A stretch of DNA of 63,783 nucleotides, taken from an uncultured Alphaproteobacteria bacterium. GTDB taxonomy: Bacteria > Pseudomonadota > Alphaproteobacteria > UBA8366 > JADFVY01. The stretch covers positions 1 through 63,783 of the forward strand of contig CAMYNJ010000083.1 in NCBI GenBank assembly GCA_947259795.1, given 5' to 3'. Under the pieces are notes generated by a model. That model worked only from the letters and a program-made list of their open reading frames with translations, did no database searches and was not told where the DNA came from. Both the position numbers and the translations under genes were made by a program. The stretch's first letter is position 1; each line of letters starts with the position of its first letter. Of the stretch, positions 1 to 9,730 are shown piece after piece.

Positions 1-2
1 AT

Positions 3-755
3 ATCATCGAAAAATCCGAACAGATCTTCTTCTACCAGGTTTTCCGAGACGGGTTCTTTCATGCCGACATGCATCCCGGCAACATGTTCATCGGCCGCGA
101 CGGGTCGCTGATGCCGGTCGATTTCGGTATCATGGGTCGGCTGGACCGCAAAACCCGCAACTATCTGGCCGACATGCTGCTGGCCTTCCTGCAGCGTGAC
201 TACCGCCGGGTGGCCGACGTGCATTTCCAGGCGGGCTATGTGCCGGCGCACATGTCGCGCGACGCCTTCACGCAGGCCTGCCGGTCGATCGGCGAGCCGA
301 TCCTGGGCCTGCAGCTGGAGCAGATTTCGCTGGCCCGGCTGCTGGCCCAACTGTTCCAGGTGACCGAGCAATTCGAAATGGAAACCCAGCCGCAACTTCT
401 GTTATTGCAGAAGACCATGCTGGTCGCCGAGGGTGTCAGCCGCAAGCTGGACCCGGCCGTCAATATGTGGCTCCTGGCCCAGCCGCTTATCGAGGAATGG
501 ATGTGGGAGAACCGAGGACCGCAGGCACGGCTTCGTAACGCAGCGGAAACCGCGCTGACCCAGCTGGAGCGGTTGCCCCTGCTGCTGGACCGTATCGACC
601 TGGCCGGCAAGATGATCGAGGAAGGCGGGATGCGGCTGCACCCCGAGACTGAAGCGGTATTGCGGAACGGCGGGCAGAGCCTTTGGCCCACGGCCATCGT
701 CGCCGCGGCAACGGCGCTGGTCACGGTGGCGGTCGTGCTGGCGCTGGTAGGATAG
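3..755 (+). CDS. ubiB: Ubiquinone biosynthesis kinase-like protein UbiB, 3' part (5' end outside window)
   Basis: Frame is open from the window edge; DGFFHADMHPGN and DFGIMGRL ABC1 motifs, QPQLLLLQKTM, C-terminal TM helix; lies upstream of coaBC. Confidence 0.93.
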   Translation: MIEKSEQIFFYQVFRDGFFHADMHPGNMFIGRDGSLMPVDFGIMGRLDRKTRNYLADMLLAFLQRDYRRVADVHFQAGYVPAHMSRDAFTQACRSIGEPILGLQLEQISLARLLAQLFQVTEQFEMETQPQLLLLQKTMLVAEGVSRKLDPAVNMWLLAQPLIEEWMWENRGPQARLRNAAETALTQLERLPLLLDRIDLAGKMIEEGGMRLHPETEAVLRNGGQSLWPTAIVAAATALVTVAVVLALVG

Positions 756-851
756 CGCAAATCCACGCGGATCAACGGTCGATTCAGAATCGAACGGAAT
801 TTAACTCAAATTTTAGTTAAATATTGTTTCACGGCCCGACGCAGGAACTGG

Positions 852-880
852 TTGCCGCAATCCCGTTCGGGGGTTATGTA
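852..880 (+). promoter_or_regulatory. Putative sigma70 promoter of coaBC-dut-rrf2-cysK-moeB
   Basis: TTGCCG-N17-TATGTA about 55 nt before the coaBC GTG. Confidence 0.4.
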
Positions 881-933
881 TTTATCACAGTAACGGCCTG
901 TAGATTTAACGGTTGCCGGAGCACCGCTGAACC

Positions 934-2181
934 GTGCTTTCGAACAAAAGAATATTGCTGATCGTCGCAGGCGGAATCGCCGCCTACAAGACGCTCGAGC
1001 TGATCCGCCGCCTGCGGGAGCGCGGCGCATCGGTGCGCTGCATCCTGACGAAGGGGGGCGCACAGTTCGTGACGCCGCTCAGCCTGGCGGCGTTGAGCGG
1101 GACCAAGGTCTATGACGATCTGTTTTCGCTGACCGACGAAGCCGAGATGGGCCATATCGAGTTGTCGCGCGACGCCGACCTGCTGTTGGTGGCGCCGGCC
1201 ACCGCCGATATCCTGGCGAAGATGGCCACCGGCATGGCGGATGATCTCGCAACGACCGCGCTGCTGGCGACCGACAAGCCGGTGCTGGTGGCGCCCGCGA
1301 TGAATGTGCGCATGTGGGAACATGCCGCCACTCGCATCAATATCGAAACCCTGGCCGGGCGCGGCGTACTGCGTGTCGGGCCGGGCGCCGGGGACATGGC
1401 CTGCGGCGAGTTCGGCGAAGGGCGCATGGCCGAGCCGGATGAAATCCTCGGCGCCATCGAAGCCTTTTTCCTCGGCGAAGTGGCGCCAGTTACTCCGTCC
1501 GGGGGCGCCCCGGGGCGAACCCGGACGCTGAAAGGCCGCAAGGCGCTGGTCACCAGCGGCCCGACGATCGAGGCAATCGACCCGGTGCGCTACATCGCCA
1601 ACCGGTCTTCAGGCAAGCAGGGCCACGCCATCGCGCGCGCCCTGGCAGGACTGGGCGCGGAGACAACGCTGGTTAGCGGGCCGACCGGCCTGGCGGACCC
1701 AGCGGGCATATCGGTGATCCATGTGGAAAGCGCCCGCGAGATGCTGGCCGCCTGCCGGCAGGCCCTGCCCGTGGATGTCGCGGTCTGTGCGGCCGCGGTA
1801 TCGGATTGGCGGGTCGGCGAAGAGGCCGGGCAGAAGCTGAAGAAGAACGGCGGCGGGCCGCCGGCGCTGGCGCTGACCGAGAACCCCGATATTCTGAAGA
1901 CACTGGGCGAGGCCGGCAATTTGCGCCCCGGCCTGTTGATCGGCTTCGCCGCCGAAACCGAGAAGGTCGTCGAGCATGCGAAGGCGAAACGGAAAAAGAA
2001 GGGCGCGGACTGGATTCTGGCCAATGATGTATCGCCGGCCACCGGCACCTTCGGCGGCGACGCCAACGTTATCCATTTGATCGACGACTCCGGGGTCGAG
2101 GACTGGCCCCGGATGTCGAAGGAGGAAGTCGCGCGGCGGCTTGCTCAACGAATCGCAGAAAATATCGCGGCAAAAGGTTGA
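934..2181 (+). CDS. coaBC: Bifunctional phosphopantothenoylcysteine decarboxylase/synthetase
   Basis: GGIAAYK, PAMNxx[12 protein letters not shown], [24 protein letters not shown], GFAAET motifs. Confidence 0.97.
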   Translation: MLSNKRILLIVAGGIAAYKTLELIRRLRERGASVRCILTKGGAQFVTPLSLAALSGTKVYDDLFSLTDEAEMGHIELSRDADLLLVAPATADILAKMATGMADDLATTALLATDKPVLVAPAMNVRMWEHAATRINIETLAGRGVLRVGPGAGDMACGEFGEGRMAEPDEILGAIEAFFLGEVAPVTPSGGAPGRTRTLKGRKALVTSGPTIEAIDPVRYIANRSSGKQGHAIARALAGLGAETTLVSGPTGLADPAGISVIHVESAREMLAACRQALPVDVAVCAAAVSDWRVGEEAGQKLKKNGGGPPALALTENPDILKTLGEAGNLRPGLLIGFAAETEKVVEHAKAKRKKKGADWILANDVSPATGTFGGDANVIHLIDDSGVEDWPRMSKEEVARRLAQRIAENIAAKG

Positions 2182-2189
2182 GTTTCATA

Positions 2190-2663
2190 ATGAATAACGT
2201 AACGGTTTCCGTATCGCGGCTGGCCCACGGCACCGATCTGCCGCTGCCCGGATACGCCACCATGGACAGCGCCGGGCTGGACTTGCTGGCGGCGGTAGAC
2301 GCGGACCTGGCGCTGGCGCCGGGCGCACGCACGCTTGTCCCGACTGGTCTGGTGATCGCGCTGCCGGCGGGCCATGAGGCGCAGGTGCGGCCACGGTCCG
2401 GGCTGGCGCTGAAACACGGCATCACGGTGCTGAACAGTCCGGGCACCATTGACGCCGACTATCGGGGCGAGGTGAAGGTCATCCTGGCCAATATGGGCGA
2501 CGAGGATTTCACGATTTCGCGCGGCATGCGGATCGCACAGATGGTAATAGCCCCGGTTACGCGGCTGGGCTGGAACGAGGTTGCATCGGAGGCCGACCTG
2601 CCTTCTTCGGAGCGGGGCGCCGGCGGGTTCGGTTCAACGGGCACCAACGGCATGGGAGGCTAG
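2190..2663 (+). CDS. dut: dUTP diphosphatase
   Basis: [37 protein letters not shown] motifs; alternative start at 2178. Confidence 0.97.
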   Translation: MNNVTVSVSRLAHGTDLPLPGYATMDSAGLDLLAAVDADLALAPGARTLVPTGLVIALPAGHEAQVRPRSGLALKHGITVLNSPGTIDADYRGEVKVILANMGDEDFTISRGMRIAQMVIAPVTRLGWNEVASEADLPSSERGAGGFGSTGTNGMGG

Positions 2664-3113
2664 ATGCTGAAGCTTACCCGAAAGTTGATGTTCGCGATTG
2701 AGGCGGTGGTTGATATCGCCTACAATTCCGGCGAACATCCGGTGCAAAGCAAGGATATCGCCGAGCGTCAGGGCATCCCCCGGCGCTACCTGGAGCAGGT
2801 GCTGCAACAGCTTGTTCGCGCCGACATCCTGCGCGGCGTGCGCGGGCCGCGCGGTGGTTATCGTCTGGCGCGCGAACGTCGGCGTATCCCGCTGGGTGAG
2901 ATCGTGCGCATCGTCGCCGGCATGAACGCGGACGAAGAAGACGAGGATACCGGGTCCGACCTCGGCCGTGTCGTGCTGCAACCCTTATGGCAGGATCTTC
3001 AGGAAGAAGCGCTGGTCAAGCTGGACGCGGTCAGTGTCGAGGATCTGTGCTCAACGGCCCGCAAGGCAGGTATCGACAGCACCGCGCAGAAAAGCGCGGA
3101 TTTCAATATCTGA
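2664..3113 (+). CDS. Rrf2-family transcriptional regulator without Fe-S cysteines (CymR-like)
   Basis: IAERQGIPRRYLEQVLQQL and RGPRGGYRLAR winged-helix motifs; directly upstream of cysK. Confidence 0.9.
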   Translation: MLKLTRKLMFAIEAVVDIAYNSGEHPVQSKDIAERQGIPRRYLEQVLQQLVRADILRGVRGPRGGYRLARERRRIPLGEIVRIVAGMNADEEDEDTGSDLGRVVLQPLWQDLQEEALVKLDAVSVEDLCSTARKAGIDSTAQKSADFNI

Positions 3114-3141
3114 ATCGTAACATCGACGTCAGGGAGACAGG

Positions 3142-4107
3142 ATGAGCGGCGAAAATCCGGAATTCAGGGGTAAGATTTACGACAATATCGTCGACACCAT
3201 CGGGGCAACGCCGCTGGTGCGGTTTTCGCGGCTGGCCGCGGATGCGGGTGTCGAGGCGGAAATCCTGGGCAAGCTGGAATTCTTCAACCCCCTGGCCTCG
3301 GTCAAGGACCGCATCGGCTTCGCCATGATCGATGCCCTGGAAAGCCAGGGCAAGCTGAAGAAGGGCACGGTGATGGTGGAGCCGACTTCAGGCAATACCG
3401 GCATCGCGCTGGCCTTCGTGGCCGCGGCGCGCGGTTACCGGCTGATCCTGACCATGCCCGAATCGATGTCGGTGGAGCGGCGCAAGATGCTGAAACTGCT
3501 GGGTGCCGAGCTGGAGTTGACGCCCGCCGACAAGGGCATGAAGGGCGCCATCGCCAGGGCGGAAGAGTTGATCGCCTCGCTGCCTGACGCCATCATGCCG
3601 GGGCAGTTCGAGAACCCCGCCAACCCGGAAATCCACCGCAAGACGACGGCCGAGGAGATCTGGCGCGACACCGGCGGCAGGGTCGACGTGCTGATCTCGG
3701 GCGTGGGTACCGGCGGCACGCTGACCGGCTGCGCCGAGGTCCTCAAAGCCCGCAACCCGGATATCCGGATCGTCGCCGTCGAGCCGGAGGACAGCCCCGT
3801 ACTGGCCGGCGGCGAGCCCGGCAAGCATATGATCCAGGGCATCGGCGCCGGTTTCGTCCCGTCGATCCTGAAAACCGAACTGATCGACGAGATCATCTCC
3901 ATCGCCAACGAAACCGCCTTTTCGGTCGCCCGAAAACTGGCGGTGCTGGAAGGCTGCCCGGTCGGTATTTCTTCGGGCGCGGCGCTGGCCGCGGCGCTGG
4001 AGATCGGCGAACGGCCCGAGATGAAGGGCAAGCGCCTCGTCGTCATCATCCCCTCCTTCGCCGAGCGCTATCTTTCGACCGCGATGTTCGACGGAATCAA
4101 CGGTTAG
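3142..4107 (+). CDS. cysK: Cysteine synthase A
   Basis: [10 protein letters not shown] (PLP lysine), [32 protein letters not shown]. Confidence 0.96.
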   Translation: MSGENPEFRGKIYDNIVDTIGATPLVRFSRLAADAGVEAEILGKLEFFNPLASVKDRIGFAMIDALESQGKLKKGTVMVEPTSGNTGIALAFVAAARGYRLILTMPESMSVERRKMLKLLGAELELTPADKGMKGAIARAEELIASLPDAIMPGQFENPANPEIHRKTTAEEIWRDTGGRVDVLISGVGTGGTLTGCAEVLKARNPDIRIVAVEPEDSPVLAGGEPGKHMIQGIGAGFVPSILKTELIDEIISIANETAFSVARKLAVLEGCPVGISSGAALAAALEIGERPEMKGKRLVVIIPSFAERYLSTAMFDGING

Positions 4108-4123
4108 GAGTCTGGATCGAAAT

Positions 4124-4903
4124 ATGGAGATCACCGAGGAACGCCTGCACCGTTACGCCCGCCACATCATCCTCGACGAGGTCGGCGAGGAAGGGCAGTT
4201 GAAGCTGCTGCAATCGCGCGTGCTGGTAATCGGCGCGGGCGGGTTGGGCTCGCCGGTGCTGATGTATCTGGCGGCCGCCGGCGTCGGCACGCTGGGGGTG
4301 GTCGACGACGACGTGGTCGACATCACCAACCTGCAGCGCCAGATCGCCCATAACACGGCGCGCGTCGGCACATCGAAGGTCGACAGCGCCACCGAAACCA
4401 TCGCCGCGCTCAACCCCGAGATCAAGGTCGAGGGCTACAAGGAGCGGCTGACCGCGGAAAACGCCCGCGCCATCATCGCCGACTATGATCTGGTAGCCGA
4501 CGGCAGCGACAATTTCGCGACCCGCTATCTGGTCAACGACGCCTGCTACCTGGAGAGAAAACCGCTGGTCACCGCCGCGATGCTGCGCTTCGAGGGGCAG
4601 GCGACCACCCTCAAAGCCTATGAGGAAGGCAAGCCCTGCTATCGCTGCATCTTCCCCAGCCCGCCGCCGCCGGAACTCGCGCCGCGCTGCGAGGAGGCCG
4701 GTATCTTCGGCGCGCTGGCCGGCGTGGTCGGCGCCATGCAGGCGACGGAAGTGCTGAAGGAGCTGTTAGGTCTGGGCACCGGGCTTGTCGGACGTCTGCT
4801 GCTCTACGATGCGATGGACGTGATGCTGCGCACGGTGGCCATTCCGAAGAACCCGGATTGCCCGCTCTGCGGCGCGCACCCGACGATCACGGACGTGTGC
4901 TAA
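4124..4903 (+). CDS. moeB: MoeB/ThiF-family adenylyltransferase
   Basis: RYARH, GAGGLG, NLQRQ, DGSDNF, and Zn motifs CYRC and CPLC. Confidence 0.88.
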   Translation: MEITEERLHRYARHIILDEVGEEGQLKLLQSRVLVIGAGGLGSPVLMYLAAAGVGTLGVVDDDVVDITNLQRQIAHNTARVGTSKVDSATETIAALNPEIKVEGYKERLTAENARAIIADYDLVADGSDNFATRYLVNDACYLERKPLVTAAMLRFEGQATTLKAYEEGKPCYRCIFPSPPPPELAPRCEEAGIFGALAGVVGAMQATEVLKELLGLGTGLVGRLLLYDAMDVMLRTVAIPKNPDCPLCGAHPTITDVC

Positions 4904-6218
4904 CCAGCCGGAATCGCAGCGAAAGGGCCAGCAGCGCCGCACCCGCGCCCAAGGCAATCGAGATCACCAGACCGATAACGCCGAACCCCATTGGGAAGGC
5001 GAGGACCCAAGCCGCCGGGATCATCACCATGAAAAAGGACATCAGGTGGATTGCCGTCGGCACCCATGCATCGCCGGCGCCGCGCAGTGCGAAGGTCATC
5101 ACTACCTGACCGCCGTCCAGAATAACGAAGAACGCAACGATGCCGAACAGAATGGGCAGGATCACGTGCAGATCGGCATCGCTGGTGTAGAACGCCGCGA
5201 CCTTGCCCCGCATAAACCACAGCAGAATGCCGAGCGCGGCCATGATCGCGGCCGTCGCGCCCAGCCCGATCCACCCCGCCGCCACCATGCGATGATGGTC
5301 GCCCGCGCCGCGCGCCGCGCCGACCCTGACCGCGGTGGCCGCCCCGAATCCCAGTGCCAGCATGAAAATCAGCGCGGTGAGATTCAGCGAGATCGAATAG
5401 CTGGCCAGCGCCACCGGCCCCAGCAGCCCGGCCATCATGGTCAGGCTGTTGAAGGCAGTGGACTCCACGCCCTGACTGACGCCCGCGGCATAGCCCAGCC
5501 GCCATTGTTCGCCGCCGCCGCGCCACCAGCCGCCCTCCAGCGGCCTGCGGATGCCGAAAGTTTCACGATCCGGCAGCCACCAGATATAACCGGCGAGCGC
5601 GACGGCCATGCAGCAGCGGACGATCGAGGTGGCGATGATCGCGCCCTCCGCCCCCATTTCCGGCAGCCCCCAATGGCCGAAAATCAACAGCCAGTTAAGC
5701 AGCACATTCAGCAGATTACCGCCCAGAATGACGGTCATGCCGGGCAGCGGCCGGGCCAGCCCTTCCATGAAATAGGTGGAGTTGGAATGGATCAGCGTCG
5801 GCGCCAGCGCCAGGCCGGCGATCGCGGTAACTGCCCCGCCGCCCGCGGCAATGGCGGGCGACTGCCCGATCACCAGGAAGAACGGCTCGGCGAACTGGCT
5901 GATGACCATACCGGCGAGGCCAATCAGCAGCGCATAGGGCAGCGATCGCCGCCATACAGGGCCGCAGTCCGCCAGCCGGCCCGCGCCGCGGGCATGGCTG
6001 GTCATCACCAGCGTGCCGGTCAACAGCCCGATACCGATCAGCAGCAGCACAATGAAGGGCGTCACGCCGATGCCGTACCAGGCCACGTCCGCGGCTCCGT
6101 AATGGCCCAGCATGACGATGTCGGCCGTCGCCATGGTCAGGATGCCAGTGCGCGCGACAACCACCGGCGCCGCCAGGCGCAGCAGTTCGGAAAGATGGTC
6201 GCGGAGCGTGTACCGCAT
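4887..6218 (-). CDS. MATE-family efflux transporter
   Basis: About 12 hydrophobic segments; LLRLAAPVV, NWLLIFGxWGLPEMGAEGA, ALRGAGD motifs. Confidence 0.9.
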   Translation of the reverse strand: MRYTLRDHLSELLRLAAPVVVARTGILTMATADIVMLGHYGAADVAWYGIGVTPFIVLLLIGIGLLTGTLVMTSHARGAGRLADCGPVWRRSLPYALLIGLAGMVISQFAEPFFLVIGQSPAIAAGGGAVTAIAGLALAPTLIHSNSTYFMEGLARPLPGMTVILGGNLLNVLLNWLLIFGHWGLPEMGAEGAIIATSIVRCCMAVALAGYIWWLPDRETFGIRRPLEGGWWRGGGEQWRLGYAAGVSQGVESTAFNSLTMMAGLLGPVALASYSISLNLTALIFMLALGFGAATAVRVGAARGAGDHHRMVAAGWIGLGATAAIMAALGILLWFMRGKVAAFYTSDADLHVILPILFGIVAFFVILDGGQVVMTFALRGAGDAWVPTAIHLMSFFMVMIPAAWVLAFPMGFGVIGLVISIALGAGAALLALSLRFRLVSTRP

Positions 6219-6236
6219 GGCTCCGCTCCTGCAGAT

Positions 6237-7235
6237 TCAGAACATCGTTTCGATAACGCGGTCGGGCGGGTTATGGCCGTCGGCGAAAGTCTTGATGTTG
6301 ATGATGACTTTCTCGCCCATATCGACGCGGCCTTCGATGGTGGCCGAGCCCATATGCGGCATCAGCACCACATTGTCGAGCTTCAGCAGCTTCGGATTCA
6401 CCGCAGGCTCATGCTCGAACACGTCCAGCCCGGCGCCGGCGATGGCGTCGCTTTGCAGGGCGCGGGCCAACGCATTCTCGTCGATCACTTCGCCGCGGCT
6501 GGTATTGACGATATAGGCATGCGGCCGCAAGAGCTTCAGCCGGCGGGCCGACAACAGGTGGAAAGTCGCCGGCGTATGCGGGCAGTTGACCGAAACGATA
6601 TCCATATGGGCCAGCATCTGGTCGAGGCTGTCCCAGTAAGTCGCCTCCAGCTCCTGTTCCAGCTCTTCTTGAACGCGGCGGCGATTGTGATAATGCACCG
6701 ACAGGCCGAAGCCGCGGGCACGCCGCGCCACCGCCGAGCCAATCCGCCCCATGCCGACGATACCCAGCCGCTTGCCCCAGATGCGATGGCCCAGCATCGA
6801 GGTCGGGCTCCAGCCGGTCCAGCTCCCCGAGCGCAGCAGCCGCTCGCCCTCGGTCAGCCGCCGCGGCACCGCCAGGATCATCGCCATGGTCATGTCGGCG
6901 GTATCCTCGGTCAGCACGCCGGGGGTATTGGTGATGGTGATGCCGCGGGTGCGCGCGGTAGCCAGGTCGATATGGTCGACGCCGGTGCCGAAGGACGCGA
7001 TCAGGCGCAGCTTGTCACCGGCCTGGGACAGCACGCCGGCGTCGATGCGGTCGGTCACCGTCGGCACCAGCACATCCGCCTCCTGTACCGCCTTGACCAG
7101 TTCCGCCTGGCTCATGGGGTTGTCGTCGAGATTCAATTGCGTCTCGAACAGTTCCATAAGTCGCGTCTCGATGACGTCCGGCAGTTTGCGGGTCACGATG
7201 ACCAGCGGCTTGCGACTCATTTTTTTCTTTGGCAT
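6237..7235 (-). CDS. D-2-hydroxyacid (glycerate/glyoxylate) dehydrogenase
   Basis: TNTPGVLTEDTAD, GMGRIG, NTSRGEV, LDVFEHEP, PHMGSAT. Confidence 0.93.
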   Translation of the reverse strand: MPKKKMSRKPLVIVTRKLPDVIETRLMELFETQLNLDDNPMSQAELVKAVQEADVLVPTVTDRIDAGVLSQAGDKLRLIASFGTGVDHIDLATARTRGITITNTPGVLTEDTADMTMAMILAVPRRLTEGERLLRSGSWTGWSPTSMLGHRIWGKRLGIVGMGRIGSAVARRARGFGLSVHYHNRRRVQEELEQELEATYWDSLDQMLAHMDIVSVNCPHTPATFHLLSARRLKLLRPHAYIVNTSRGEVIDENALARALQSDAIAGAGLDVFEHEPAVNPKLLKLDNVVLMPHMGSATIEGRVDMGEKVIINIKTFADGHNPPDRVIETMF

Positions 7236-7385
7236 TGAACGACCTTCGCACTTGCACTCTGACGCCGGTTATACAACACCGCCCGCACCTGTCTAGCTTT
7301 TCGGGCGGCGGAAATCATCGGGATCACGTCATGATCCTTGACCGCTGCGCCGACGATTCCATTATATGAACAGGTGATTCGCAGC

Positions 7386-7907
7386 ATGCAGCCAAACCCG
7401 AGCCTTAGAGCCATTGTCCTTGTTACCGCCACGGCAGTTGTCCTGGCCGTGGCCGGCACGCTGTTTTATGCCGCTCGCAGCCGCCAGGCCGACGACGACA
7501 GGCCACCCTCGCGCTACGTTACGGTCAAGCCGGACAAGGCCAATGTCCGGGCGGGACCCGGCAAGCGTTACCCGGTGCGCTGGGTTTTTGTACAGCCGGG
7601 CATCCCGGTGGAGATTCTGGCCGAATATGAGAACTGGCGGCAGATCAGGGACTGGGAAGGCCAGGAAGGCTGGATCCACGCCGCCATGCTGTCACGGAAA
7701 CGCAATGTCATCGTGACCGGCGAGAAACGCACGCTGTATCGGCGCGCGGACGCCGCCTCGCCGCCGGTCGTCTTGCTGGAGCCCGGCATCATCGCCGAAA
7801 TCGAGGACTGCAACGAAGAATGGTGCCGGGTCGAGGTCAGGAACAATCGCGGCTGGTTGCGCCGCGGCGAATTCTGGGGCATCGAGCCGGGCGAGGTTAT
7901 CGAGTGA
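7386..7907 (+). CDS. Tandem bacterial SH3-domain protein
   Basis: N-terminal TM/signal, NVRAGPG..YP, ENWRQIRD..GxEGW, second SH3 ending WCRV..GWL; start uncertain (7338 possible). Confidence 0.85.
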   Translation: MQPNPSLRAIVLVTATAVVLAVAGTLFYAARSRQADDDRPPSRYVTVKPDKANVRAGPGKRYPVRWVFVQPGIPVEILAEYENWRQIRDWEGQEGWIHAAMLSRKRNVIVTGEKRTLYRRADAASPPVVLLEPGIIAEIEDCNEEWCRVEVRNNRGWLRRGEFWGIEPGEVIE

Positions 7908-7911
7908 AAGC

Positions 7912-8841
7912 CTAAACCGGATCGCGGCGCAGCGGCTGGGCCATGCAGTGGATGCCACCGCCGGCCTGGGTGAACATGGTCATTTCGGGGTCGTAGACGG
8001 TAAAGCCCAGGGCGCGCAGCTTGTCGTTCAGATCCTTGCTGTGCGCGGGTGAGATAACCCGCTCGCCGCCCAGGCACATGACGTTGCAGCCCAGCGCCAT
8101 GGTGTCGCGGAAGCTCACCGGCAGGATCTCGATCTTTCTCGCCTTCAGCCAGTCCACAACATCCGGTTCGGTGGTTTCCAGGCACACCGCCGCCAGTTTC
8201 TCGGCCAGCATGCAGACCATCAGGTCGATATGGACGTAGAACCCGTCGATCGGCGCATATTTGACCTCCCAGCCCTCGTCCTCAAACCAGCCGCCGACCT
8301 GCCGCGCCGCGACCTCCTCGCAGCGCAGGCCGGTATAGCCGACCAGTACGGCGCCCGGTTCGATCATGTTGAAGTCGCCGCCCTCGAAATTGCCGGCGCT
8401 GACCATGTCGTAGACCGGGATGCCGTTGTTCAGATAGAACCGCAGCACCTCGGCATATTCGCCGCGCCGGCGCGGGTTCGCCAGCTGGCAGACCACGGCG
8501 CCATAGGGTGTCATGAAACTGGAATCGCGGGTATAGACCTGGTAGGGCGTGTCATTGTTGACGTCCAGCGTATGCACCGTCACACCGGCGTCTTCATAGG
8601 CTTCGACCATCTCGCGGTACTGGCGCATGGCCTGTTGCTTGTCGAAGCCCGCGCCCTTGCGCTGCGTATCGCGCACGATGGAGCTATACTGGGCGTTGGC
8701 CTCCATCCAGGAAAAGCTCTCTGCCGGGCCGAGCAGCACGTCGCGCAGAACCCCGTATTCCGCGTTTGCCCCCCAGTCCCACAAAACGGGCGTGCCGCCG
8801 CCCTGCCTGCGCGACCTGAGCGCGCCGTTGCCGTCCATCAT
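7912..8841 (-). CDS. Amidinotransferase/dimethylarginine dimethylaminohydrolase (pentein) family protein
   Basis: EYGxL, YTRDS, FEGGD, HIDL, GGGIHCM motifs; GGGAG SD before ATG at 8841. Confidence 0.85.
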   Translation of the reverse strand: MMDGNGALRSRRQGGGTPVLWDWGANAEYGVLRDVLLGPAESFSWMEANAQYSSIVRDTQRKGAGFDKQQAMRQYREMVEAYEDAGVTVHTLDVNNDTPYQVYTRDSSFMTPYGAVVCQLANPRRRGEYAEVLRFYLNNGIPVYDMVSAGNFEGGDFNMIEPGAVLVGYTGLRCEEVAARQVGGWFEDEGWEVKYAPIDGFYVHIDLMVCMLAEKLAAVCLETTEPDVVDWLKARKIEILPVSFRDTMALGCNVMCLGGERVISPAHSKDLNDKLRALGFTVYDPEMTMFTQAGGGIHCMAQPLRRDPV

Positions 8842-8953
8842 GCGGATGTCTCCCTGCCGGTATTTGCCCGGCAGGCATGCTGCAACGAAATTCGACGGTT
8901 TGTCACTAGCTAAGCGGAAGGAGGCAGGTCCCCCGGGGGGGGGCGTGAAGCGG

Positions 8954-9598
8954 TCAGGCGTGGCCCGCTTCACCGGACAGCAGCGAGATATCGACGCCCA
9001 GCTTGGCGATCGAACGCTCCCATTTGTCCTGCTGTGGGTCGTCGAAAATAAGGGACTCGTCGGCCGGTACGTTGAGCCAGGAATTTTCCTGGATTTCGCC
9101 GTCCAGCTGGCCGGCGCCCCAGCCGGCATAACCCAGCGCCAGCATGGCCTGCCGCGGGCCGCGCCCTTCGGCGATGTCCTTCAGGATTTCGACCGTATGG
9201 GTCAGCGATATGGAATCGTTGACCTTGATGGTGTTGGCCTGCTCGTAGTCGCTGGTATGCAGAACGAAACCCATGCCGGTTTCCACGGGCCCGCCGACAT
9301 GAATGGGCATCGAGACGGCCTCGGATTTCAGCTCGACGCCCACCTGCTCCAACAAGTCGGGGAAGGTCAGCTCCTGCGACAGGCGGTTGACCATCAGTCC
9401 CATGGCGCCGTCCTCGTTATGGACGCACATATAGATTACCGAGCGTCCGAAACGCGTATCCTGCATGCTCGGCATAGCGATCAACAACTGCCCGGTCAGA
9501 TAACCTGTATTGTCTTCAATTCGCGCCAATTTCGCCTCGGCAAGCCCAAACTCGGATGTTTTCGTCGACAGCGGTTCACCTTGGAAAGTCCCCACCAT
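8954..9598 (-). CDS. YqgE/AlgH (UPF0301) family protein
   Basis: GQLLIAMPSMQD, GGPVE, LGYAGWGAGQLxxEIxxNSW, C-terminal GHA. Confidence 0.93.
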   Translation of the reverse strand: MVGTFQGEPLSTKTSEFGLAEAKLARIEDNTGYLTGQLLIAMPSMQDTRFGRSVIYMCVHNEDGAMGLMVNRLSQELTFPDLLEQVGVELKSEAVSMPIHVGGPVETGMGFVLHTSDYEQANTIKVNDSISLTHTVEILKDIAEGRGPRQAMLALGYAGWGAGQLDGEIQENSWLNVPADESLIFDDPQQDKWERSIAKLGVDISLLSGEAGHA

Positions 9599-9730
9599 AT
9601 TTATAGAATAGTAAGCGTGGCGAGTTAAACAATGGTCAAGCAGACGGAAATTTTCCGATTACGCGCCTCTGGCCGCAACAGATCAGTGAAGTTAAACTGC
9701 AGCGGTGCGAAATCTGATATCGGACATGAA

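Noticed and set aside
756-933. AT-rich intergenic region as a replication origin
   Set aside because: Short, and I found no DnaA box within two mismatches of TTATCCACA
5046-7238. 730-aa + strand ORF, and similar long ORFs at 13424-14746, 20103-22055, 32228-33805 and 36002-37759
   Set aside because: Antisense shadows of well-supported genes in GC-rich DNA; Arg/Ala/Gly/His-rich with no recognisable motifs
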